From a bacterium (GTDB taxonomy: Bacteria > Zhuqueibacterota > Zhuqueibacteria > Residuimicrobiales > Krinioviventaceae): a DNA stretch of 64,000 bases. The notes below the pieces were generated by a model. The model worked only from the letters and a program-made list of their open reading frames with translations, was not told the origin of the DNA and did no database searches. Shown piece after piece: positions 7,494 to 17,317 of this stretch. Made by a program: the position numbers and the translations under genes. The stretch covers positions 1 through 64,000 of the forward strand of contig CAXXFV010000023.1 of the NCBI GenBank assembly GCA_963674595.2, in the 5' to 3' direction. The first letter of the stretch is position 1, and the number at the start of each line of letters is the position of its first letter.

Positions 7494-9281
7494 ATGACAA
7501 AAAGTTTTACATTTATATTTAAATTGATGGTACTTTTTTTTATATGTCCCTCTTTATTACATTCATCAGAACAATCCGATAGTTCTGCCAAGTCTTCAAT
7601 AAGTATAAAACTCGTTAAAGATAATTTTATTACAATTTCCAACAAGGAACACAAAAACAACAGGATCGGTTACCGGTTTTTTGAACATGAACCTGTTGTT
7701 TTTGGCAATGTTCCACTTTCTGCTTCCGAAGCAAATATTGATCTTGATTATATCCGGAATGTAGAAAATAGTTTTAAAAATCGCACCGATGTTTTTGTTT
7801 ATAAACACCAAATTGACAAAGATGAACATTGGGTGGAACAAACCTGGACTTATTATATGGTGCCGGTTTCGGATGGTATTGAAATTTATCTTGTCGTAGA
7901 AACCGGTAAGGAAGGACTTGCCGAATACTATGGTATTCAGCAATGTTTTCGTTTAAGCGGAAAAACAAATGAACAATGGCGTCGGGAAATAGCGGAAACA
8001 CCGGCGTTTAGTGAATATGATTTATGGAAAAAATCGCAAAAAAGTTTAACATGGGTCCTTCGTAATAATGAATGGCAGTCCCTGCCGGCTGGAAAAGATG
8101 CTGTCGGTGCGCGAACACCCCTGGGTTTGGCAATCGATGATTTGACTTATAATGTGGAAATGCCAAAAAATATTGGACCTTATGATGCGCTGATGCTGGC
8201 CCCGGTTGATAACGGTTTGATTGTTCGTACGGATATTGATGAGAATTATGTGTGTGGTATTTACTGGAACAGTACGTCGCATGTTACAAATCATCATCCT
8301 GCTGATTGTTTACACAGTGTTGTAAATATCGGAAACGTACCGCCCTTTTCAAAACGAATGGTTCAGGGGAAGATTTATTGGCTAAAGGGGAATAAACAGG
8401 ATCTGTTGACCCGCTATCAAAAGGATTTTCAAGATTCCAAAAAAGGTACGTTGCGTGTTGCCGCCTGCCAGTTTTCTGTTGCCGCCGGTATTACGGATAA
8501 CGCTGAATGGATAAAAAAGCAAATGAAACATGCACGATTACAAAATGTGCAGTTAATCCAGTTTCCGGAAGGGGCCCTGTCAGGATATGCCGGTTCTGAT
8601 CTGTCTACGTTTGAAGGTTATGACTGGTCTTTGTTAAAAGAAAAATCCCGGGAAATAGCCGCGTTGGCTAAAGATTTAAAAATGTGGGTTTTACTTGGCA
8701 GTACCCACCACTTGTCAGATGGAAACAAACCTCACAATTCTCTTTATGTTATTACACCCGAAGGCAAAGTCCTTGACCGGTATGACAAAAGATTTTGTAC
8801 GGAAAGTGATTTAAAATATTATTCACCCGGAGATCATTTTGTTGTGTTTGATGTAAATGGTGTAAAATGCGGACTGTTGATATGTTATGATATCCGTTTC
8901 CCGGAACTATATCGTCAGTACAGTGTTTTAGGCGTTAATGCAATTTTTCATTCATTTTATAATGCCCGGCACAAAGAAGATTGTATTCATCCGAAAATTA
9001 TGCCCATCACAGGTCAGGCCCGTGCCGCAGAAAATGGTGTTTATGTGTCTTTTACAAACTCCAGCGCCCCATATAGCTGGCCGTGTCATTTTATTACACC
9101 GGACGGTATGATCCAGAAAAAGCTGATAAGAAATATACCGGGTATATTAATTTTTGATATTGATTTGTCAAAAAAATATTATGACATCAGCGCTCCGTTT
9201 CGGCTGGATGCCATTAAAGGCAAGTTAAACAGCGGCGATACAGTGCAGGATCCCCGGTCAGACAAGCGAAACGAATTTTAA
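7494..9281 (+). CDS. Carbon-nitrogen hydrolase (nitrilase superfamily) with an uncharacterised ~310 aa N-terminal domain
   Basis: C-terminal half has VAACQ, FPEG, YDK and ICYDIRFPE (Glu-Lys-Cys triad). N-terminus looks like a signal peptide. Confidence 0.82.
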   Translation: MTKSFTFIFKLMVLFFICPSLLHSSEQSDSSAKSSISIKLVKDNFITISNKEHKNNRIGYRFFEHEPVVFGNVPLSASEANIDLDYIRNVENSFKNRTDVFVYKHQIDKDEHWVEQTWTYYMVPVSDGIEIYLVVETGKEGLAEYYGIQQCFRLSGKTNEQWRREIAETPAFSEYDLWKKSQKSLTWVLRNNEWQSLPAGKDAVGARTPLGLAIDDLTYNVEMPKNIGPYDALMLAPVDNGLIVRTDIDENYVCGIYWNSTSHVTNHHPADCLHSVVNIGNVPPFSKRMVQGKIYWLKGNKQDLLTRYQKDFQDSKKGTLRVAACQFSVAAGITDNAEWIKKQMKHARLQNVQLIQFPEGALSGYAGSDLSTFEGYDWSLLKEKSREIAALAKDLKMWVLLGSTHHLSDGNKPHNSLYVITPEGKVLDRYDKRFCTESDLKYYSPGDHFVVFDVNGVKCGLLICYDIRFPELYRQYSVLGVNAIFHSFYNARHKEDCIHPKIMPITGQARAAENGVYVSFTNSSAPYSWPCHFITPDGMIQKKLIRNIPGILIFDIDLSKKYYDISAPFRLDAIKGKLNSGDTVQDPRSDKRNEF

Positions 9282-9283
9282 AC

Positions 9284-9320
9284 AAAAAAAGCCCGTATCT
9301 TTTAATACGGGCTTTTTTTT
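9284..9320. terminator. Bidirectional intrinsic terminator
   Basis: A7-GCCCGTAT / CTTTTA loop / ATACGGGC-T8 between convergent genes. Confidence 0.9.
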
Positions 9321-9330
9321 AATATAATTG

Positions 9331-9996
9331 TTATTCCGAAACACCCTGGTCTTTCATCTTTTCCAGTTTTTTCAGGTCAATTTTTTCAACCGCTTTTTTA
9401 ATAACATCCATTTCAACATTTGAGCCTGAAATTTCAACAATAAAACGGTCACCGACAATTACGCTTATCTCTCCCCATTGCTGGTCGGTTTCATATTTTT
9501 CATACGCTTTAAAACCGTCAATTTTTGTGGTTCTTTCATAACCGGTATCAGTTTCTTTGTCAATGTCAGCCATTGTCCAGCCGGCTTTTGCCAATCCGGC
9601 AAAGCCTTTCATTGTGCCCATGTCTGTAATTTCGACATTAACAGAAGCACCTTCATCATTGTCATATTGTGCCTCTGCCGTAGAAACTTTAATACCCATG
9701 ACGGAATTTTTTTCACCCGTTGCTTCAGTACGTTTCAGGCCCGGCAGGTCATCAGGTAAAAGTCCTTTGAGGTCCCGGAAATTTACCGGTTCAACGCTTT
9801 TCCCGTCATTTGCTGCTTCAGACATCTTTTTTAAAGCATCGGCCATATTTTGCATGCCTTCTTCCATGTTTTCCGACATGACTTCGCCTGCTTTTTCCAT
9901 CTCTTTAGCTGCTTTTTCAAGCTCGGTTTGCTTTTTCCCACAACCGACAGCCAAAAAGATTGTAAATGCCATAAATGAGATTAAAAATTTTTTCAT
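9331..9996 (-). CDS. Hypothetical lipoprotein
   Basis: Lipobox LAVGC after a short signal; GGAGG RBS; Met/Glu/Lys-rich helical segment. Confidence 0.75.
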   Translation of the reverse strand: MKKFLISFMAFTIFLAVGCGKKQTELEKAAKEMEKAGEVMSENMEEGMQNMADALKKMSEAANDGKSVEPVNFRDLKGLLPDDLPGLKRTEATGEKNSVMGIKVSTAEAQYDNDEGASVNVEITDMGTMKGFAGLAKAGWTMADIDKETDTGYERTTKIDGFKAYEKYETDQQWGEISVIVGDRFIVEISGSNVEMDVIKKAVEKIDLKKLEKMKDQGVSE

Positions 9997-10061
9997 ATTA
10001 CCTCCATTTTTTTATGACGAATAGTAAAAAAAACAAAGGTGAATAACAAGCCATTTTTTGT

Positions 10062-11477
10062 TTATTTTGTTTCCCAGTTTGTGTGAAAAGAACCATTAAT
10101 ATCCAGGCGTTTATAGGTATGCGCGCCAAAAAAATCACGCTGGGCCTGAATAAGGTTTGCCGGCAGCATTTTTCGGCGCATGGCCTCAAAGTAGGAGAGA
10201 GAGGCTGTAATCGCCGGTAATGGAATACCAGCTTTACTGCCTGCGGCACATACATCCCGCCAGTCCGATACTCTGGGAGTTATTTCCTGCACAAAATTTT
10301 GGTCCACCAGCAGATTTGGCAGTTGCGGATTTTGTGCAAAAGCTGATTTTATTTTATCTAAAAACGCCGCCCGGATAATACAACCGCCTCTCCAAATAGA
10401 TGCAATGTCGTCAAGTTTTAGCCCATAACCATATTCCAAAGAAGCCCGGCTTAATAAAGCAAATCCCTGTGCATAGGAGCATATTTTTGAGGTATAAACG
10501 GCTGCCCGTATTTTATTAATCCACTCTTTTTTATCGCCTGGAATAGCCAGAATATCATTATTGTATGCTTGTTGGGCACAGGTCCGCTCCTCGGTTAAAG
10601 AGGACAAGGCACGAGCATGTAATGCCGCGATAATGGTTGGGATAGGTTCGGCAAGGTCCAGGGCTGCCTGCCCTGTCCATGTTCCTGTTCCTTTCATGCC
10701 TGCCTGGTCCTGTATTTTGTCCAATAAAATGTCTGTCCGGTTCCGGTCATCCGGGAAATTGGCTATTTGGGCTGTAATTTCAATTAAAAATGATTTCAGT
10801 TCGCTCTGGTTCCATTCGTTAAAAGTATCGGCAACTTCATCCGGTGTCAGCCCTAGTCCGAATCGTAATAAATCATACGCTTCTGCAATAAGCTGCATGT
10901 CACCGTATTCAATACCGTTATGGACCATTTTTACAAAATGCCCGGCGCTTTTTTTACCGATATAACAAACACAGGGCTCCTGGTCGTTTACCCTGGCGGC
11001 AATTTTTGTCAAAACAGGTTCAAGGTAGTGATAGGTTCCTTCGTCACCTCCGGGCATCATACTGGGTCCCCATAAAGCTCCCTGCTCTCCGCCGCTTATT
11101 CCCATGCCGATATATTCGATCCCTGTCCCTTGTAATTCTTGCAAACGGCGATCGGTGTCTTTAAAATGTGAATTGCCTCCATCAATCAATACATCTCCGG
11201 GCTGCAAATGCGGTAACAGCGTTTTAATGACGGAATCCACAGCCGCACCGGCCGTAACCATCATAACAATTTGCCGCGGGCGTTCAAGAGCGGATATGAA
11301 TTCATATACTGTTCTGGCTCCCTGAATGTTTTTGTTCTTTCCCTCATTTTTTATTAATTTATCCGTCAGATCATATGTATAGTTATATGCGACAACAGGA
11401 ATGCCCTGTCGTTCCATATTAAGGGCCAGGCTTTTTCCCATAACACCCAGTCCAAAAACACCAAAAGTATTTTGCAT
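10062..11477 (-). CDS. gndA: NADP-dependent 6-phosphogluconate dehydrogenase
   Basis: GLGVMG, IDGGNS, GHFVKMVHNGIEYGDMQ, KGTGxW, WRGGCIIR, LIQAQRDFFGAHTY. Confidence 0.97.
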   Translation of the reverse strand: MQNTFGVFGLGVMGKSLALNMERQGIPVVAYNYTYDLTDKLIKNEGKNKNIQGARTVYEFISALERPRQIVMMVTAGAAVDSVIKTLLPHLQPGDVLIDGGNSHFKDTDRRLQELQGTGIEYIGMGISGGEQGALWGPSMMPGGDEGTYHYLEPVLTKIAARVNDQEPCVCYIGKKSAGHFVKMVHNGIEYGDMQLIAEAYDLLRFGLGLTPDEVADTFNEWNQSELKSFLIEITAQIANFPDDRNRTDILLDKIQDQAGMKGTGTWTGQAALDLAEPIPTIIAALHARALSSLTEERTCAQQAYNNDILAIPGDKKEWINKIRAAVYTSKICSYAQGFALLSRASLEYGYGLKLDDIASIWRGGCIIRAAFLDKIKSAFAQNPQLPNLLVDQNFVQEITPRVSDWRDVCAAGSKAGIPLPAITASLSYFEAMRRKMLPANLIQAQRDFFGAHTYKRLDINGSFHTNWETK

Positions 11478-11795
11478 TGTTACTCCTTTTTTATATAAAA
11501 TAATTATTTGAATCGGTTCAAGTTGTTGATATTTATTATGATTTCAAAATAACGTGTTGATCAGAAAATTTTAACGGATCGATTTAATATTTTATAGAGT
11601 TTGTTTTGGTAATTCAGGAAAGTATAAGGTTTTGGGGATTTTCAGGGTCGCAAGGTGTATTTTTGCTTTATTGGCTTTTAATTTTTTTTGATTTTTTGAA
11701 TCTACCTGGTTGTTTTTGCATCTATTAAGAAGGAAAAGTTAATAATTTTTTAGTTTATAATAAAGGTTTATTTCAAGTCTAACTATCGAGGTTAT

Positions 11796-12635
11796 ATGAA
11801 ATCCGTGCATTTTAAATTCAGAGGATTCGTTTCACTTTTGTCCACGTTTACATTTTTAATTTCTCTGGTGTCCGGTATTGTTTTGTATTTTGTTCCCCAG
11901 GGCAAAGTTGCAAATTGGATTCACTGGACGTTTTGGGGACTGGACAAGGACACATGGGGCGCTTTGCATATCAATTCGTCGTTGATATTTTTTATCATCA
12001 TTTTTTTCCATATTTTTTATAATTGGAAAATTCTTTTAAATTATTTTAAAAATAAAGTAAAAGGTGTTTTTAAACTAAGATTGGAACTTTTGTCTGTAAC
12101 AATTTTTTCATTGTTTATTGTACTTGCGTCTTTGTATGATTTGCAGCCTTTTGCTAAAGTTATGTCCTGGAACGAAGACATTAAAGATTATTGGGCCGGC
12201 AATGCCGATTCTCAACCACCTGTTCCGCATGCGGAACAGATGAGTGTAACGGAATTTTGTCAACAGATCAACATTCCTGTTGAGCGTTTTGTAAATCGGA
12301 TGAAAGGTGAGAATTGGGTCGTTCAGGATACAAGCCAAACTATAAAGGAAATTGCCGAATTAAATGATATTGCTCCGGCTGAGATATTCAAGGCTGTTAA
12401 TCTGGCGACCGGATCACCGAGCAGCTCGGGCAGCGGCTGGGGCCGAAAAACTGTTGAACAGGTATGCAGCGAATATAATATTCCTGTAAACGATGCTCTG
12501 GATCGTTTAAAAACTCAAAATATGACGGCAGAGTCAAAAGATGTCATTCGCGATATTTCCGGTAAATATAACCAGCGTCCTGTTGATGTTGTGAATACAA
12601 TTACCGGTCAAACCGTCGATTCGAATCATGAATAA
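11796..12635 (+). CDS. DUF4405-domain membrane protein with repeated C-terminal helical module
   Basis: SGIVLYFVPQG, FWGLDKDTWGALH and FHIFYNWK are DUF4405-like. The C-terminus has two similar ~55 aa units. Confidence 0.75.
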   Translation: MKSVHFKFRGFVSLLSTFTFLISLVSGIVLYFVPQGKVANWIHWTFWGLDKDTWGALHINSSLIFFIIIFFHIFYNWKILLNYFKNKVKGVFKLRLELLSVTIFSLFIVLASLYDLQPFAKVMSWNEDIKDYWAGNADSQPPVPHAEQMSVTEFCQQINIPVERFVNRMKGENWVVQDTSQTIKEIAELNDIAPAEIFKAVNLATGSPSSSGSGWGRKTVEQVCSEYNIPVNDALDRLKTQNMTAESKDVIRDISGKYNQRPVDVVNTITGQTVDSNHE

Positions 12636-12669
12636 TTTATTTTAAAAATATTTGTAAAAAGCCTTGTTT

Positions 12670-12705
12670 TTCTGGTTTGTGAAATATATTTTTCACAAAC
12701 CAGAA
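12670..12705. repeat. Perfect 15-bp inverted repeat (terminator or operator)
   Basis: TTCTGGTTTGTGAAA-TATATT-TTTCACAAACCAGAA between the DUF4405 gene and the small Cys-rich gene. Confidence 0.8.
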
Positions 12706-12731
12706 TTATTTATACGAAACGAGGTTTTTTT

Positions 12732-12935
12732 ATGGAATGCAAAAAAGAACGTAATTTAGTGAATTGTAATTGCAGTTATAATCCCTGTTCACGCAAGGGA
12801 GTCTGTTGTGAATGCGTGCAGTACCATCTGAAATGTCGCGAGCTTCCGGCCTGTTTTTTCCCAAATGATGTTGAGCGAACCTATGACCGCTCTTTTGAAA
12901 CATTTGCGCGTTTGGTAACAAAAAATGTTATTTAA
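12732..12935 (+). CDS. Small Cys-rich protein (DUF6485-like)
   Basis: CNCSYxPCxRKGxCCECxxYH...ELPACFF...TYDRS; GAGG RBS. Confidence 0.78.
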   Translation: MECKKERNLVNCNCSYNPCSRKGVCCECVQYHLKCRELPACFFPNDVERTYDRSFETFARLVTKNVI

Positions 12936-12964
12936 TATCTGTTAAAATATAACGGGGGGCCTTT

Positions 12965-14188
12965 TTAAACCGTTAATTTATTCAGACAGTAAAGAAATAC
13001 GCCTGAAGACCAGCCCATCATAGGCGGCATTTTGTATTCATCATTGACCTGGATTGAACCTTCAACAACATTATATTTTTCCCATAACGATCCGGTTTGT
13101 TCCCAGTTCTTTTGAACAACATGGAGATATTTTTCAGCGATCCGGTTTGCCTGCTCGTTGTAATCATAGTTCTCAAGTCCTTTGATGACGACAAATTGCA
13201 GCGGCGGCCAGCCATTGGGATGGTCCCATTGATATATTCTTTCTCTATTACCGGCTTTACAAGTTGTCATTCCATAATCGTATTCAAATAATGACATATT
13301 TTCAACAATGGCCTTTGCCTGTTTCTCATCTGCGAGTCCGGCAAATAACGGGAAAAAGGTGGCAAGTGAAGGTGTTGTTGTGTGTTTATTTTGACCATAA
13401 TGATAATCTAAAAACAGTCCCTCTTTTGCGTTCCAGCAATATTGATCCATCAGTGTTTTTCTCAATTCTGCTTTTTCCAGCCATTTTTGGCTATCCAGTC
13501 CTAAAATTGCATTGAATTCACCTAAATTTTTTTCCAATGAATATAACAGGCTGTTGAGATCAACCGGTATATAATCAAGACACTGATGGTCAAACCGGGG
13601 CGTAAAGTCCCAGCCTGTTTCGGCTTCAGCCAGTAAATGACCGGCTTTATGGATTTTTTCTGCATCTGATTTGAGACCAAAGTGAAGACGCGGTTCCAGT
13701 TCGTTATTGTAAAAATCTAATAAATAGTTCTGATCTGCAGAGTGGCCGTTTCTGTTCAGACCGAGCGGCGTTATTCTGTTATGCATCCAGAAATTGTACT
13801 CTTTTTCCAGAGTAGATATGGCCTGCCGCAGCCACTGTTTATCCTCGTAAATTTGATAGACATCTTTGACCATTAATGATAAAAAAGGCAGTTGAGAGCG
13901 GTTGAGCATAAATTGGGCATTGCTGTTTGGGACAAAGCCGAGTTTTTCTACTATATACAGCAGGTTGTCCGTGTTGTTTTTCGCCAATTCATATTCTTTT
14001 AATAAAATGAGTCCGATGTTGGTAAAATAGGTGTCCCAGTAAAAAAGAAACTGCAAGTCATCTTTGATACAGGGAACGGCATAAGGATAGGGCAGGCCGA
14101 TGACCTCGTCCGTGTCATTTGGGATTTTTCGGGTACATTTGGGCCATTCTTTTTGGATATACTTGAAAATATTTTTCAAAGAGTCCAT
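12965..14188 (-). CDS. Alpha,alpha-trehalase (GH37), probably cytoplasmic
   Basis: FYWDTYF, RSQLP, AETGWDF, PVDLNS, QWDHPNGWPPLQ, WEKYNV. Start moved to MDSLK at 14188 (AGGT RBS) because the longer ORF start lies inside a terminator hairpin. Confidence 0.9.
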   Translation of the reverse strand: MDSLKNIFKYIQKEWPKCTRKIPNDTDEVIGLPYPYAVPCIKDDLQFLFYWDTYFTNIGLILLKEYELAKNNTDNLLYIVEKLGFVPNSNAQFMLNRSQLPFLSLMVKDVYQIYEDKQWLRQAISTLEKEYNFWMHNRITPLGLNRNGHSADQNYLLDFYNNELEPRLHFGLKSDAEKIHKAGHLLAEAETGWDFTPRFDHQCLDYIPVDLNSLLYSLEKNLGEFNAILGLDSQKWLEKAELRKTLMDQYCWNAKEGLFLDYHYGQNKHTTTPSLATFFPLFAGLADEKQAKAIVENMSLFEYDYGMTTCKAGNRERIYQWDHPNGWPPLQFVVIKGLENYDYNEQANRIAEKYLHVVQKNWEQTGSLWEKYNVVEGSIQVNDEYKMPPMMGWSSGVFLYCLNKLTV

Positions 14189-14208
14189 AATTACCTTTAA
14201 TTTATATG

Positions 14209-14238
14209 AAAACGGCGGCATCTTTTGACGCCGCCGTG
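14209..14238 (-). terminator. Intrinsic terminator of the S9 peptidase gene
   Basis: Minus strand reads ACGGCGGCGTC-AAAA-GATGCCGCCGT followed by TTT. Confidence 0.8.
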
Positions 14239-14252
14239 GGATTGTTTAATAT

Positions 14253-17090
14253 TTATTTTACGAGTTCAAAACCCCAGTCTTTGCCTTTTTGAGTTGCCGG
14301 TACTCCGGACTCCATCCAAACCGGCGCCGGTTCATCTTTAAGGTAATGATCAAAAAATTGCTGCATTCTGATTGACAAATCTTTACGATTTTGTCGTTTA
14401 ACCAGGTTGTGCTCTTCGCCATTATAGTTTAACAGCCATGCAGGTTTTCCCAAACGACGCATGGCAACAAACATTTCAATACCCTGATACCAGGGTACGG
14501 CACCGTCATTATCATTATGCATTATGAGTAATGGGGTTGTTACATCCGGTACGCGGAAAACAGGTGAATTTTCAATATAGTGCCAGGGTCTATCCCAGAT
14601 AGTATCGCCGATTCGGCTTTGTGTATGTTCATATTGAAACATACGGCTCATACCGGATCCCCAGCGAATGCCGCCGTAGGCGCTGAACATGTCTGAAACC
14701 GGGGCGCCGGCCATTCCGGCGGCAAACAGATTTGTGCGTGTAACCAGATAGGCAACCTGATAGCCGCCCCAGCTTTGACCCTGAATACCGATTTTGTTTT
14801 GATCTACAAAACCTTTTTCAATCAAGCTCAACACTCCCGGAACAATGCAGTCATAGGCGCTTTTGCCGGGATAACCGATTTGATAAACAATATCCGGTAT
14901 GAAAAACAGGTATCCGCGACTGGCATAAAATGAAGGTCGTACGGTTGAGGGACTGGGGCGTGGTCCCATATACCAGTTTTTAATAAAAGAAGTTTTTTCG
15001 TAAAAATAGACAATCATTGGATATTTTTTATTCGGATCAAAATTTTCCGGTTTATATAATAGTCCTTTTAATGAATCACCATTTGCCGAAACCCAATTGA
15101 CAAGCTCAACAGTACCCCAGAGATAATCTTTTTGTTGTTGATTGGCGGCACTGATTTTTTTCATATTATTAAAATGCGTGTCGCTTGTCCATAAATCCGG
15201 GAATTCCTGGAACGTACTTTTTGTGAATAAAAAGGTGTCGCTGTTTTCGGCTTTTTTAGGATTGGTAAAATGATAGTCCATCTGGACCAGTTGTTCTTTT
15301 TTAGCATTTTCAGTACATGTTGTATAGACAAAACCTTCGGTATAATCGTCCTGATTAAGGGTTTTAAACAGCATGTCCTGGTTTGGTGTTAGAAATCTTT
15401 CTTCTTTATCTATTCGAACATATCGATAGGTGGTATTTGTTTTACGGCCTATACCATCTGTCCAGTTGACAGGTGCTTTTATACCTTCGGGGTCCAACTG
15501 CCAGGCGTCGAAACGGTCATAAACATAAAATTCTTTGTCGTCTTTAGACCAGGCCATTGCACCATGACTGCGGGCATAATCCGGGTGATCATCAAGTTCA
15601 TTATTAAAAGAGACTTTAATATCTTTGGTAAGATTATTTAAAAATCCTTTTTTTGTGGACCAGGTTAACCAGTCTCCTTCAATTTCATCAAACATGTAAA
15701 TATATTTTGCTGCCGGAGAAATATTAACCGGGCCGCGATGTTTCTTTTTAACAAGTGTTTTGGAGCCGTCTTTTAAATTAACAAGATAAACGTCATCATA
15801 TAAAGCGCCTTCCCAGGACAGGAATTGTTGGTATGGTAAAGAGGACGTTCCCAAAGCAAGGTCTGCATTACGTTCCGAGGTCAGGCGAATATTCGGCATG
15901 TTTTCATCTGCCAGTTGAATAAAGTTTTTGTTTTTCAGGTGAATAACAGCCATATAAGATCGTTGAAGTTCTTTTTTTAATTGTTTGAGCTGTTGTGGTT
16001 GAAGCAAAGGATCTTTCCAGTTCCATATATCAACTTTGGCTACTTCAAAATCTACAATGGTCGTATCTTCCGGAGCAGGAATTGGGGCCGTTCCGAAAAA
16101 TAGTTTTTTGCCGTCTTTGGAAAAAGTGATTTTACCATTTTCGCTGATCAGCCAGTGTTCCGGCAAACCTTTTGTCAAGGTATCGGCAATAACCGTTGCG
16201 GGCTTGTTTTTACCATCCCAATAGTATAAAGAGAAAAATCGCTGTTTATCTTTTGATGTATCGATATCTGCTACAAATGCAGCCTGTTGACTGTTATCGT
16301 CCCAAACAATCTGCTTAAATGAACCCTTTTTTGCAGATACCAGGGCAAGTTTTGTTGTATCGGCTGTGTTGAAAACAAATACACCGGCTTTTTCTGTGCT
16401 GTCATTACCGGCGCATGCATAAATGAGTTTTTTCCCGTCTTTGGAAAAAAGATAATCTGTTACTAAATCAATTTTATACTCGTGTCCGTCATTTAATCGA
16501 CGAATAACAAGGGTCGTTCCTTTGTCATTTTTTGAATCATCTTTACCATTTTCAGCATCAAGCCGGTCTTTTTTTTCTGCTTTTTCTTCTTCTTTTGTTT
16601 TTGTTGTGTCTTTAACAGGTTTTTCTTTTTCAAGTTGATAAGCTATCCAGCCATAACCTTTTTCCGGCGTTTTAAAGGACTTAACCAGGCCAATTTTAAC
16701 CAGTTCTTTATCGTATAAAGAATAAATACCCAGAGAATCTTTGGGCATATCGTCTTTTTTCTTTTTGTCTATTTTTGCCTGTCTGGTGTCTTTAAAAAAC
16801 GGTTTGATTTTAAAGACAGCATATTTCGAGTCTTGTGTCAGTTTCGGTTCCGTACCACGTGGAAAAATAGTATCCGAATCGTTTTCCAGATTGCGGATAT
16901 ACAGATTAGCATCACCCTCCTGGGGTTCCTGTGAATAGATGACCCATTTTCCATCATTTGATATGGATTCCTGTTTGATGGATTCCCACATATCGTAAAC
17001 AGTGTGATCCAGTGGTTTTTTGTCAGCTGCTGACAGGGTCATAAAACCGGATAACAGAATGGTTAGGATTAGAGTTGTGAAACGATTCAT
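14253..17090 (-). CDS. Secreted S9 family (prolyl oligopeptidase/acylaminoacyl-type) peptidase
   Basis: Signal peptide; GQSWGG nucleophile elbow; HNDNDGAVP; EEHNL; beta-propeller-like N-terminal region. Confidence 0.92.
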   Translation of the reverse strand: MNRFTTLILTILLSGFMTLSAADKKPLDHTVYDMWESIKQESISNDGKWVIYSQEPQEGDANLYIRNLENDSDTIFPRGTEPKLTQDSKYAVFKIKPFFKDTRQAKIDKKKKDDMPKDSLGIYSLYDKELVKIGLVKSFKTPEKGYGWIAYQLEKEKPVKDTTKTKEEEKAEKKDRLDAENGKDDSKNDKGTTLVIRRLNDGHEYKIDLVTDYLFSKDGKKLIYACAGNDSTEKAGVFVFNTADTTKLALVSAKKGSFKQIVWDDNSQQAAFVADIDTSKDKQRFFSLYYWDGKNKPATVIADTLTKGLPEHWLISENGKITFSKDGKKLFFGTAPIPAPEDTTIVDFEVAKVDIWNWKDPLLQPQQLKQLKKELQRSYMAVIHLKNKNFIQLADENMPNIRLTSERNADLALGTSSLPYQQFLSWEGALYDDVYLVNLKDGSKTLVKKKHRGPVNISPAAKYIYMFDEIEGDWLTWSTKKGFLNNLTKDIKVSFNNELDDHPDYARSHGAMAWSKDDKEFYVYDRFDAWQLDPEGIKAPVNWTDGIGRKTNTTYRYVRIDKEERFLTPNQDMLFKTLNQDDYTEGFVYTTCTENAKKEQLVQMDYHFTNPKKAENSDTFLFTKSTFQEFPDLWTSDTHFNNMKKISAANQQQKDYLWGTVELVNWVSANGDSLKGLLYKPENFDPNKKYPMIVYFYEKTSFIKNWYMGPRPSPSTVRPSFYASRGYLFFIPDIVYQIGYPGKSAYDCIVPGVLSLIEKGFVDQNKIGIQGQSWGGYQVAYLVTRTNLFAAGMAGAPVSDMFSAYGGIRWGSGMSRMFQYEHTQSRIGDTIWDRPWHYIENSPVFRVPDVTTPLLIMHNDNDGAVPWYQGIEMFVAMRRLGKPAWLLNYNGEEHNLVKRQNRKDLSIRMQQFFDHYLKDEPAPVWMESGVPATQKGKDWGFELVK

Positions 17091-17317
17091 GTTTGATCCT
17101 TCTATTTAGATTAAGATTAGTATGATAAAGAAAATAAAGAATAATTTAATTTTATTCAAGCATTGATGCTGGAAAATGCTGATAACCCTGTATTGCTACG
17201 AAAAAAAAGTCCAATTGTTACGGCCATACCCCAATTTTTTTTCATTTATTTGCTTTATTCTTGATTTTGTTTTTAATAATGCTTATTTCTCTAGTATCAA
17301 TTGAAAATATAGGAGAT

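Noticed and set aside
9331-9996. Possible mobile-element gene
   Set aside because: It has a lipoprotein signal and no DDE/HUH motifs or terminal repeats.
14189-14221. N-terminal extension MPPFSYKLKVI of the trehalase ORF
   Set aside because: This ATG lies within the upstream terminator stem; the downstream ATG at 14188 has an RBS.
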